A stretch of 64,000 nucleotides of DNA from Alphaproteobacteria bacterium (GTDB taxonomy: Bacteria; Pseudomonadota; Alphaproteobacteria; UBA9655), in NCBI GenBank assembly GCA_021731585.1, contig JAKFXB010000124.1:9313-73312 (forward strand). Reading direction: 5' to 3'. The notes beneath the pieces are model-generated. The model ran no database searches. It worked only from the letters and a program-made list of their open reading frames with translations, and was not told where the DNA came from. The position numbers were made by a program, and so were the translations under genes. Position 1 is the stretch's first letter. Every line of letters begins with the position of its first letter. This document shows, piece after piece, positions 1 through 8,103 of this stretch.

Positions 1-962
1 TTGTAGGACGGGCGGCGCTTTTATCGAAGGCGGATTTGACCTCCCAAATGGTGAATGAGTTCCCTGAGGTCCAGGGGATTATGGGCCGCTATTACGCGCA
101 AAACCAAAAAGAAAATCCTGAGGTGGCACAGGCCCTTGAGGAGCAATATTGGCCCAAGGTTTCAGGGGGGGGGATTCCCGATGCGCTTCCCAGCTTAATC
201 CTCGCTATGGCTGATCGTTTGGATACCCTCGTTGGTTTTTTTGCCATTGGGATTACGCCTACTGGGTCAAAGGATCCCTTTGCCTTAAGGCGCGCAGGCC
301 TTGGGCTCATCGCTTTGGCGCTAAATCCTCGTTTTACCCTTTCCATGCTAGAAACCATAGGATGGGCTTATGATTGTTATTCTTGGGATGAGCTCGCTGT
401 TCCTCAATTAAAAAGCAAAAAGGAAACTCTAGCTGATCTTTGGAAATTTTTACTTGAACGCTTTAAATTTTTTCTTAGGGATGTTCAGGGAAGCCCCTAT
501 GACCATGTGGAAGCGGTCTTAAATGTCGCTGATCAGAACCCCAATCTTTTTGATCTGTCCCTACGGGTCAAAGCTCTGGATCAACTCATGGACGGCGAAG
601 ATGGAAAAAATTTGTTGGTAGCCTACAAGCGGGCCTCTAATATTTTAAAAATTGAGGAAGAAAAAGATAACTGCACTTATGAAGGTCAGGTAAAGGAAGA
701 GCTCTTCGATCTTGGCGAAGAAACCGAGCTTTTCAAAAACTTGTCACAAAAATTGCCAGAAATTGAAGGTTTTGTAAAAAAGGGCGAATTTGTGAAAGCG
801 GTACAAGACTTGGCGACCTTGAGACCTGTTGTTGACCGGTTCTTTGATAAGGTTGTGGTAAATACGGATGATAAAAACAAGCGCATCAATCGCTTGCATT
901 TATTGGCTTATTTTAGAAAGACCCTCCACCAGGTTGCGGACTTTTCTAAGATAGAAGGTTAA
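1..962 (+). CDS. glyS: glycine--tRNA ligase beta subunit, C-terminal part (5' end lies outside the window)
   Basis: The frame is open from the window start (GRAALLSKADLTSQMVNEFPEVQGIMGRYYA...). The sequence and the C-terminal anticodon-binding-like region are typical of GlyS. Stop at 960-962. Confidence 0.9.
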   Translation, partial: VGRAALLSKADLTSQMVNEFPEVQGIMGRYYAQNQKENPEVAQALEEQYWPKVSGGGIPDALPSLILAMADRLDTLVGFFAIGITPTGSKDPFALRRAGLGLIALALNPRFTLSMLETIGWAYDCYSWDELAVPQLKSKKETLADLWKFLLERFKFFLRDVQGSPYDHVEAVLNVADQNPNLFDLSLRVKALDQLMDGEDGKNLLVAYKRASNILKIEEEKDNCTYEGQVKEELFDLGEETELFKNLSQKLPEIEGFVKKGEFVKAVQDLATLRPVVDRFFDKVVVNTDDKNKRINRLHLLAYFRKTLHQVADFSKIEG

Positions 963-983
963 TTCATTAAAGGAGTACATACG

Positions 984-1427
984 ATGCAAGACATACAAAC
1001 CAAGCTGATTGACCTTGCAAAACAGGCCCAAGAAAAATCCTATTCCCCCTATTCAAAGTTTGCTGTGGGAGCTGCATTGATGACCCAAGATGGGTCTATT
1101 TTTACAGGCTGCAATGTGGAAAATATTTCCTATGGGCTCTCCTGTTGCGGAGAAAGAAATGCTATTTTCAAGATGATTTCGGAAAAGGGGCCACATGAAA
1201 AAATCAAGGCGTTAGCGATTTCTACAAAAGCCGATATTCCTTGCTCTCCTTGCGGAGCATGCCGTCAGGTCATTCAGGAATTTAGTACGTCTGAGACCCT
1301 TGTATTTTTTAAGGGTAAAAGCGGTTATGTATCTTACGCCGTGAAAGATCTTTTACCTGGCGCCTTTACGGAATTCGAATCTATGAATCAGGACGGCTCT
1401 TCAACAACCATCCAATCGGGGATGTAG
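984..1427 (+). CDS. cdd: cytidine deaminase
   Basis: 147-aa ORF with the zinc-ligand motifs CGERNAI and PCGACRQV. An aaaggag RBS lies about 8 nt upstream. Confidence 0.9.
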   Translation: MQDIQTKLIDLAKQAQEKSYSPYSKFAVGAALMTQDGSIFTGCNVENISYGLSCCGERNAIFKMISEKGPHEKIKALAISTKADIPCSPCGACRQVIQEFSTSETLVFFKGKSGYVSYAVKDLLPGAFTEFESMNQDGSSTTIQSGM

Positions 1428-1428
1428 G
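1406..1428. repeat. 23-bp direct repeat, left copy (last seven codons plus TAG of cdd)
   Basis: aaccatccaatcggggatgtagg is identical to 2655-2677. Confidence 0.95.
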
Positions 1429-1432
1429 CAGT

Positions 1433-2605
1433 CTATGACTCAGTAACGGCATTTACCTCATGCATTATATCTCTCAAGCCTATAACTTCAACGTCCTTTG
1501 CAATGGGAAATCGTTCATCTCCCGCATAAACAATAAATTTCTTTGTTGGTTTTAAATCCTCACAGGCCATGTAGAATCCTTTTGATACTGTGGGTGCCAG
1601 GCTCCTTTTAATTTCAATGGCCCAAAGTTCTTGATTCCCTAAATCAATGACTAAATCTATTTCTGCTCCCCCTGCTGTTCTATAATACCCATAGGAGGCA
1701 TATTTAGATAAGGAGGAAATAAGATTTTCAATCACAAATCCTTCCCAGCTTCCTCCCACAACGGGATGCCCTAGCAATTCATCAAGTGTCTTGATTCCCA
1801 AAAGAGCATGACAAATTCCACTATCTCGAACATAAGTTTTAGGCGCTTTAATAAGTCGTTTTCTAGAGTTGTTGGTCCATGAAGCAAGACGTCTAACCAA
1901 AAGTAAATCGACCATTAAATCAAGGTAACGACTTGTTGTTATACCTTTCACCTCAAGCCCTTTCCCAAAACTTGCAGCATTAAAGGTCTGACCTTGGTTA
2001 TGGGCTAACATCGTCCAAAAACGACGTAACGTTTCTGCAGGGATTTTAGGTCCCAACTGCGGAATATCCCGCTCCAGGTAAGTTTTAATAAAATCGAGAC
2101 GCCACCTCAGACTCTCTTCGTCGTTCTCTGCTAGAAAACTCTCTGGAAATCCGCCGCGATACCAAAGTTTATAAAGATCATTCGAAGGAATTTCATCTAC
2201 TGTTAAAGGAAAAAGCTCGCAATACGCAATGCGCCCCGTTAGTGTTTCGCTAGTTTGTTTCAGAAGATCCATAGAGGCTGATCCTAGAAACAGAAATTGC
2301 CCTGTTTTTTTACCTTGCCGTCTTCGTTCGTCAATAATTCCTCGAAGGGGAGCAAAAAGATTAGGGATGTGTTGGATTTCATCAAATATTAGTAAATGAT
2401 CCGAATTTAAACGACAGTACTCTTCAATATCTGTAACTTTAGCTAAGTGACTAGGTAATTCTAAATCTAAATATATTCCTTTTCGAGGCTGAGCGATATT
2501 CAAAGCGAGGGTTGTTTTGCCTACCTGACGCGGGCCAGTTAAGACAACCGCTGGGCTCTTGTCTAAAAGATAATCTAATTTTTTTTTAACCTTCTTATCT
2601 ATCAT
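1433..2605 (-). CDS. AAA+ P-loop ATPase with C-terminal DUF4143 / PD-(D/E)xK-like module (AAA_14-DUF4143, COG1373-like)
   Basis: 390-aa ORF with Walker A GPRQVGKTT and Walker B LLIFDEIQ. The C-terminal EIDLV...AIEIK has D...ExK nuclease-like spacing. Confidence 0.85.
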   Translation of the reverse strand: MIDKKVKKKLDYLLDKSPAVVLTGPRQVGKTTLALNIAQPRKGIYLDLELPSHLAKVTDIEEYCRLNSDHLLIFDEIQHIPNLFAPLRGIIDERRRQGKKTGQFLFLGSASMDLLKQTSETLTGRIAYCELFPLTVDEIPSNDLYKLWYRGGFPESFLAENDEESLRWRLDFIKTYLERDIPQLGPKIPAETLRRFWTMLAHNQGQTFNAASFGKGLEVKGITTSRYLDLMVDLLLVRRLASWTNNSRKRLIKAPKTYVRDSGICHALLGIKTLDELLGHPVVGGSWEGFVIENLISSLSKYASYGYYRTAGGAEIDLVIDLGNQELWAIEIKRSLAPTVSKGFYMACEDLKPTKKFIVYAGDERFPIAKDVEVIGLRDIMHEVNAVTES

Positions 2606-2606
2606 G

Positions 2607-2641
2607 TATGCAAATATAACATCAGATGTTATATTTGCATA
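2607..2641. repeat. perfect 35-bp palindrome (17+1+17), candidate operator or recombination site
   Basis: tatgcaaatataacatc a gatgttatatttgcata starts 1 nt upstream of the ATPase start codon (2603-2605, minus strand). Confidence 0.9.
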
Positions 2642-2654
2642 GTTGTTTTTAAAT

Positions 2655-2677
2655 AACCATCCAATCGGGGATGTAGG
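2655..2677. repeat. 23-bp direct repeat, right copy
   Basis: Identical to 1406-1428. Flanking bases differ on both sides. Confidence 0.95.
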
Positions 2678-2726
2678 GTTAAACAGAGTTGGTTTAAGAA
2701 AAGATCGAAAAATTTTATAAGATGAC

Positions 2727-3011
2727 TCATCCAGAACTCTGTTGTTTTTCCTTCATCTTGAGCTCCTGCTGTCGGAGAGTTTCTCTCTCAAGAAAGTTAA
2801 GGTTATCCGCCCTATTCACCCGTGTGTGAAGAGAGCGCTGATGATGCCAACTTTCTTGCCTTGCCAAACACTTATCAAATTCCTGTGTGCCCTGGGCGTA
2901 CCCATAGTCTACACAGCGAGAGTGAAAAAGAGCTAATTGTTCCTCACGACTTAGCGGTGTGCACGCTGAAAGAAAACTCATCAAAGGCATTAAAACAATA
3001 AGCTTTTTCAT
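2727..3011 (-). CDS. small lipoprotein, unknown function
   Basis: Signal peptide with lipobox (MKKLIVLMPLMSFLSAC). The ATG at 3011, with GGAG upstream, is preferred over the GTG at 3026. Confidence 0.6.
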   Translation of the reverse strand: MKKLIVLMPLMSFLSACTPLSREEQLALFHSRCVDYGYAQGTQEFDKCLARQESWHHQRSLHTRVNRADNLNFLERETLRQQELKMKEKQQSSG

Positions 3012-3031
3012 ACTAAAAAACTCCACAAGAC

Positions 3032-3105
3032 TGGAGCGGGTGAAGGGAATCGAACCCTCGTCTGGAGCTTGGGAAGCTTCTGCTCTACCATTGAGCTACA
3101 CCCGC
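3032..3105 (-). tRNA. tRNA-Gly (anticodon CCC)
   Basis: The reverse complement reads gcgggtg ta gctc aatggta gagc a gaagc ttCCCaa gctcc agac gaggg ttcgatt ccctt cacccgc t cca. This folds as a cloverleaf, has an encoded CCA, and is close to the E. coli tRNA-Gly(CCC) I remember. Confidence 0.9.
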
Positions 3106-3215
3106 CATAGACAGATTTATACGAAAGATTTCGTAGCGCTGCAAGCCCCCCCTTTACAGGGGGAACGCTATTCGATAGGCTTTAAACATATTAAACAACA
3201 CTATTGAGTAAAATC

Positions 3216-4481
3216 ATGACTCCTTCCTTGGCCCGCAGTTGGATTGTTTGGGCGTGTGCGGCACTATTTTATTGCTATCAATTTCTTCTTCGTGTCTCTC
3301 CAAACGTGATGACAACAGAGTTGATGACTGACTTTCATGTAAATGCCTGCACTCTTGGCTTGCTTACCTCCTTTTATGCTTATGGTTACGCGGGTTTTCA
3401 AGTTCCTATAGGAAGCCTTTTGGATAAATTCGGCCCTCGGCGTCTTTTGGTGTGTGCTGCTATTACTTGCACAGGAGGAAGTTTTCTATTTGCATCTGCT
3501 GATACGGTCCTCGTTGCTTCAATCAGCCGCTTTCTTATTGGTGTTGGCTCTGCCTTTGGTTTTTTAAGTTGCATGAAGCTGGGTACTCTCTGGTTCCCTC
3601 CCAAACACATCTCTGTTGTGGTAGGCTTAACTCTCTTCTTGGGAACCGCTGGCGCTTCAGGAAGCTATCCCATGTCCTTCTTGGTGGATGCTTTTGGTTG
3701 GCGGGAGGCAGTTTGGTTGACGGCTCTTGGAGGCGTTTTTATTGCTGTCCTTATGGCTCTTGTCGTTCGAGATCACCCTCCTAAGGCTTTAGAAAGTTAT
3801 ATTAATCAACATCACGCCATTGGAAACCCCAACTTGGGTCTTTGGGAGGGCTTAATTGTGATTGTGCAAAAACGACAAACCTGGCTTTTAGGCTTTTATG
3901 GCTTAATGATGTTTATTCCCTTGGCGGGATTTGCCGACTTGTGGGGAATCCCTTTTTTAACGAACGTTCATCATATGGATAAACAATATGCGTCTCTTGC
4001 AAACACCTTTCTTTATATAGGTGTTGGCATAGGAACGCCTCTTTTTGCTCTTGTTGCCGATAAGATAAAGCGATTTAAAACAGTATTGCTCATCTCGTCC
4101 CTTGGCACCCTTTTTGCTTTTACCTTTGTTTTCTATGTAACTCCTCTCTCCCCCTTTATAATCATCTTTATGTTGATGATGGCAGGAATTCTGCTTGGGG
4201 GACAGTTTATGGCTTTTTCCATTGTTTGTGAAATTAATCCCCTCTCCGTTAGCGGTATGGCTACAGGTTTCCAGAATATGATTTGCATGATAAGTGCCAT
4301 CGCTATCCCTCCTCTTATCGGTCAACTTTTGGATTTTTTCTGGGAAGGAACCCTGGAAAATGGCATTCGCCTTTATTCACCTACAACTTATCAAATAGCG
4401 TTGACGAGCGTCATCGTCGCTTTGTTTTTGGCTACTTTAGCCGCCATTTTCATTAAAGAAGCCTATCCAGAGCGAGAGTGA
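3216..4481 (+). CDS. MFS transporter (paralog of 6333-7649)
   Basis: Multi-TM hydrophobic ORF that shares long identical runs with 6333-7649 (AALFYCYQF, LRVSP, GSAF.FLSC.KLGTLWFP). The ATG at 3216 is preferred over the TTG at 3204. Confidence 0.85.
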   Translation: MTPSLARSWIVWACAALFYCYQFLLRVSPNVMTTELMTDFHVNACTLGLLTSFYAYGYAGFQVPIGSLLDKFGPRRLLVCAAITCTGGSFLFASADTVLVASISRFLIGVGSAFGFLSCMKLGTLWFPPKHISVVVGLTLFLGTAGASGSYPMSFLVDAFGWREAVWLTALGGVFIAVLMALVVRDHPPKALESYINQHHAIGNPNLGLWEGLIVIVQKRQTWLLGFYGLMMFIPLAGFADLWGIPFLTNVHHMDKQYASLANTFLYIGVGIGTPLFALVADKIKRFKTVLLISSLGTLFAFTFVFYVTPLSPFIIIFMLMMAGILLGGQFMAFSIVCEINPLSVSGMATGFQNMICMISAIAIPPLIGQLLDFFWEGTLENGIRLYSPTTYQIALTSVIVALFLATLAAIFIKEAYPERE

Positions 4482-4507
4482 TATAATGCAGAAGAAGGTA
4501 GGGAGCC

Positions 4508-6199
4508 TTAATCACTGCCCCCCCATTTCAGCAACTCTTCATCAAAATCGCGTTGACAGCTTGGCGCTTTACACTTACGAAGGGCACCCGTCAGCACCTC
4601 TTCTTTACCCGTTTTGCGTAATGATTGACTCCGGCAAGCTTCTTGTTCGAGATACTCGGTAAAGGGCTTATCACCTCCACGCTTAGAGGCTTTGCGAAAA
4701 GCACCTGTATAAGCTTCCTCACTCCGGAACACAGGTCGAGGTAAATTTTTTTGTTTTAACAGTCCTAGCGCAAAAGCACGCGATGTACGTCCATTGGCAT
4801 CCGGACAGACATGAGTTTTCACAATGGTTTGGTGAAGTGCACCCGCAGCATCAAAAGTTTTTCCCTCTCGTAAGAGAGATACCACATTTGTATAGCCTGA
4901 CCTCATTTTTTCTCGAAGACCTTCTTGAGGAGAGTTGTCAAAGTCATAATATTCCGCGCAAAGAGAATAGCGGTCTGGAGTATAAAGCTTCGGATCTTTT
5001 TTAAAAATTGCAGTTACTACCTCCTCCCAAATAGCTTTTTTCCCTTGATCATCCATTTGAATGAGCCCTCGATTTACAAAATCTTGAATGAGTTTATTTA
5101 CTGCTGGTGTTAAAGAATTGTAAGTAGAAAGATGTAAGGGATGATCCGCTAACAAGTCTTTCATCCTTTCGGTGTGTTCGAATCTAGGATCACTTATTGG
5201 AAGTTTTGCAATGAGCATAGGATGGGATCTATAGGTATTTTCTCCAGGATTACCTGTTAATATAGAGTTTAATTTAAAAAGATGTTTCTCAAAAACTTCA
5301 AAAGAAGTTCCTTCTATAGGAGTAGGCATTATTTCTTCATCAACATACTTAAGACCTTCGCGCCACCTTGTAGCATCTGCAGCAGCCTGTAAGATCGGTG
5401 TGGGCGAAAGTTCCCCATCTACAACTCCAACACGGAAACGTTCTTGAAAAAGTGACACAAGACTTGAATAGTCGCCTGCCTCTATCTCTTCCTGCATTTG
5501 AGGTGTACTTCCTTCTAGGATTTCTGAAGCAGCTTGGTTAATTTCGTCCTCGTTCGTGTAGGTCGTCGGCAGCGCACAAACTCCTGGATGAACAAAACAC
5601 TGTTCTGCCTCTGACCATGGGTGACTAGTAGCTTCAATTCTACAGCTGCTGGAAGGATCCCGAGGTGACGCAGCTGGGCTAATCGCTTTCCTCATGTTAC
5701 TCACTTTACAAACTTCTGGTGGAAAAAAACACACTTCTGCTAAGCATGGTTCAGGAATCCTAGTCATGAAACTGTTGGAAGACTGAGAAGTTAAGGTACC
5801 ATTAGACAAAGAGGTAGAATTTGGGGCGCGAAAATTGGTCCTTAGAGACGTGTTTCCTAATTGAATAGCTTGGCAGGTACCTATCATTCCCGTTGAAACC
5901 ATGAGCCCCAAGAAAATATATGTGTTGGGATTTTCCCAATTTAAATGTGGTCCCCCAAACACAATTTCTGCTGGCAAAGGTTTTTTGCTTTGATGACTTG
6001 GTCGATTTCCTTTTATCATCTGATGACAGGACTTCTTGGAACGTAATTTTGATGACCCCTTTGCTCCCAAAACCTCTGCGTAGGGAGCAAAAGTCCAAAA
6101 AATTGTGACTAACACCAAAAATGCACTCTTAAATCGAATCATAATATCTCTTCTCATAATAATTAAAAAAAAGTTTCGAAGAAAATACTTATGTAACAT
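4508..6199 (-). CDS. secreted Fic (Fido) domain protein with atypical core motif
   Basis: 563-aa ORF with an N-terminal signal-like hydrophobic segment (MIRFKSAFLVLVTIFWTFAPYA; an alternative start is at 6142). The C-terminal Fic motif HVCPDANGRTSR is encoded at about 4781-4816. Confidence 0.8.
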   Translation of the reverse strand: MLHKYFLRNFFLIIMRRDIMIRFKSAFLVLVTIFWTFAPYAEVLGAKGSSKLRSKKSCHQMIKGNRPSHQSKKPLPAEIVFGGPHLNWENPNTYIFLGLMVSTGMIGTCQAIQLGNTSLRTNFRAPNSTSLSNGTLTSQSSNSFMTRIPEPCLAEVCFFPPEVCKVSNMRKAISPAASPRDPSSSCRIEATSHPWSEAEQCFVHPGVCALPTTYTNEDEINQAASEILEGSTPQMQEEIEAGDYSSLVSLFQERFRVGVVDGELSPTPILQAAADATRWREGLKYVDEEIMPTPIEGTSFEVFEKHLFKLNSILTGNPGENTYRSHPMLIAKLPISDPRFEHTERMKDLLADHPLHLSTYNSLTPAVNKLIQDFVNRGLIQMDDQGKKAIWEEVVTAIFKKDPKLYTPDRYSLCAEYYDFDNSPQEGLREKMRSGYTNVVSLLREGKTFDAAGALHQTIVKTHVCPDANGRTSRAFALGLLKQKNLPRPVFRSEEAYTGAFRKASKRGGDKPFTEYLEQEACRSQSLRKTGKEEVLTGALRKCKAPSCQRDFDEELLKWGGSD

Positions 6200-6332
6200 A
6201 TAATTATTTATTTCAAGTATTTTTTATTGCATAAATAAAAAAACAAACAATAATACTATGAATTACATTTTCCCGATTGACCCCTGAAAAAAGGATCGAT
6301 ACTCTTAAGCTTCTTTTTTAAATAGGAAATCA

Positions 6333-7649
6333 ATGGGTGTCATGACAAATTCCTCTTCAATCACAGCAAAGCCTGCTTCTTTTTTTCTTTCAAAAAGTTG
6401 GGTTATTTGGGGGTGTGCCGCTCTTTTTTATTGCTATCAATTTATGCTGCGCGTCTCTCCAGGTGTCATGGCTGAAGACCTGATGGCATCTTTTCAAGTG
6501 GATGGCTGCGCTTTAGGAACCTTAAGTGGATTTTATTATTATACCTATTCGGCACTTCAAATCCCTGTAGGGACCCTCATGGATCGCTTTAAGCCGCGAC
6601 GTCTTCTGACTTTTGCTGCCATTTTGTGCAGCGTGGGTGCCCTTGTTTTTTCTTCCGCCGATACTCTTTATGTAGCTGCATTTGGACGCGGCATGATTGG
6701 GGCCGGCTCTGCCTTTGCCTTTTTAAGCTGCCTTAAACTCGGCACCCTGTGGTTTCCCTCTCATAAGCTTCCCTTTGTCGTAGGGCTCACTCTCCTTTTA
6801 GGAAGCGTAGGAGGCGCCTCGGCAGGGTATCCTATGGGGTGGCTTGTGCAGGTTTCTGGATGGCGAGAGGCCATGTGGTTTGTCGCATTTGCGGGATTTG
6901 GCCTTTCCTTTGCGGCCTGGAGCATCGTTCGAGATAAAGCTCCCGATCATTTAGAAGAAATTATCTTAAAAAGTCACGGAGACAAGGAACACCACCTTCC
7001 TTCTGCAAGCATTTTGAAAAGTGTTGCTGTAGTGATAAGCAACCCTCAAAGCTGGCTTATTGCTTTGTATGGTGGATTTATGTACCTCCCTCTTTCCGGA
7101 TTTGCTGACCTTTGGGGCCCTCCTTTCCTGATGTCTACTTACCAGTTAGATAAATCAACAGCAGGCGGCATTGTTTCCACCGCCATGTATGTTGGCGTTG
7201 GGCTCGGCGCTCCACTCTTCCCCTTTCTCTGTCAACGCTTAAACGCTTATAAAGCTCCTGTTTTTATTTCATCTTTTGGTGCGTTAATTTGTCTGGCGAC
7301 TGTCTTTTATGTTCCTAACTTGCCCTTGTGGCTTTTAACATCCTTCTTATTTTTGGGAGGTTTTTTCTTAGGAGGACAGTTTCTTGGTTTCTCCATGACC
7401 TGCGCTCTTAACCCCTTATCTGCCAGCGGAACTGCCGGGGGATTCCATAATATGATGTGCATGTTAAGTGGAGTTATTTTTCAACCTTTCATTGGATGGC
7501 TTTTAGATTATAGTTGGGGCGGCAAAATGCTCAATGGTATTCGAGCCTATGATTCTATGGATTATGCTTTTGCTCTCAGCTCTATCAGCATTTCTTTACT
7601 TTTGGCTTGTTTTGTGGTCTTTCTTATAAAAGAACAATACACAAAATAA
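6333..7649 (+). CDS. MFS transporter (paralog of 3216-4481)
   Basis: 438-aa multi-TM ORF, collinear similarity to 3216-4481 along its whole length. Confidence 0.85.
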   Translation: MGVMTNSSSITAKPASFFLSKSWVIWGCAALFYCYQFMLRVSPGVMAEDLMASFQVDGCALGTLSGFYYYTYSALQIPVGTLMDRFKPRRLLTFAAILCSVGALVFSSADTLYVAAFGRGMIGAGSAFAFLSCLKLGTLWFPSHKLPFVVGLTLLLGSVGGASAGYPMGWLVQVSGWREAMWFVAFAGFGLSFAAWSIVRDKAPDHLEEIILKSHGDKEHHLPSASILKSVAVVISNPQSWLIALYGGFMYLPLSGFADLWGPPFLMSTYQLDKSTAGGIVSTAMYVGVGLGAPLFPFLCQRLNAYKAPVFISSFGALICLATVFYVPNLPLWLLTSFLFLGGFFLGGQFLGFSMTCALNPLSASGTAGGFHNMMCMLSGVIFQPFIGWLLDYSWGGKMLNGIRAYDSMDYAFALSSISISLLLACFVVFLIKEQYTK

Positions 7650-7658
7650 GGTAAAAAA

Positions 7659-8075
7659 ATGAAAAAATATTTCACCTTTCTTCTTGCTACCAGCCTGGTA
7701 AGTACGGCAGCTCTTGCTGGAATTCAAGTCCAAGACCATTGGGTTCGGGCTTCAACCGGCTCCAACACTGCCGCTTATATGAAACTTGTCAATATTTCCA
7801 ATAAAGATATCTCCCTCACAGGAGTATATTCACCTGTTTCGGCAAGTGGTGAATTGCATGAAGTTGTTGATATGGGTCAGGGAATGCAAATGCAAGAAAT
7901 TTCCGCCATAAGGATCCCTTCAAACGGAGAGATTGTTTTAATGCCTGGAAAAACGCATGTCATGCTTATGAATATTAAAGACGGCCCCCTTACGGAAGGA
8001 AAAACTGTTCCTCTCACCCTTGTGTTTAGCGATGGAGAAGAACTTCAATTAATGGCTCCTGTAAAGGCGCAATAA
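7659..8075 (+). CDS. periplasmic copper chaperone PCu(A)C (DUF461)
   Basis: Signal peptide, then H/M-rich motifs (HWVRAS, ELHEVVDMGQGMQMQ, PGKTHVMLM) typical of the PCu(A)C family. Confidence 0.8.
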   Translation: MKKYFTFLLATSLVSTAALAGIQVQDHWVRASTGSNTAAYMKLVNISNKDISLTGVYSPVSASGELHEVVDMGQGMQMQEISAIRIPSNGEIVLMPGKTHVMLMNIKDGPLTEGKTVPLTLVFSDGEELQLMAPVKAQ

Positions 8076-8103
8076 AGCACGATTCACTTAGAAAAGGTTT
8101 ACA

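Larger units (their letters stand above)
1429..2654 (-). mobile_element. candidate single-gene insertion cassette (ATPase-nuclease gene plus palindrome) bounded by the 23-bp direct repeats
   Basis: Only one ORF lies between the perfect 23-bp repeats. The repeat duplicates the host gene end, so cdd stays intact. No recombinase gene lies inside. Confidence 0.4.

Noticed and set aside
2959-3207. 82-aa ORF on the + strand
   Set aside because: It runs antisense straight through tRNA-Gly(CCC) and the lipoprotein gene start. It has no RBS and its composition is odd. Spurious.
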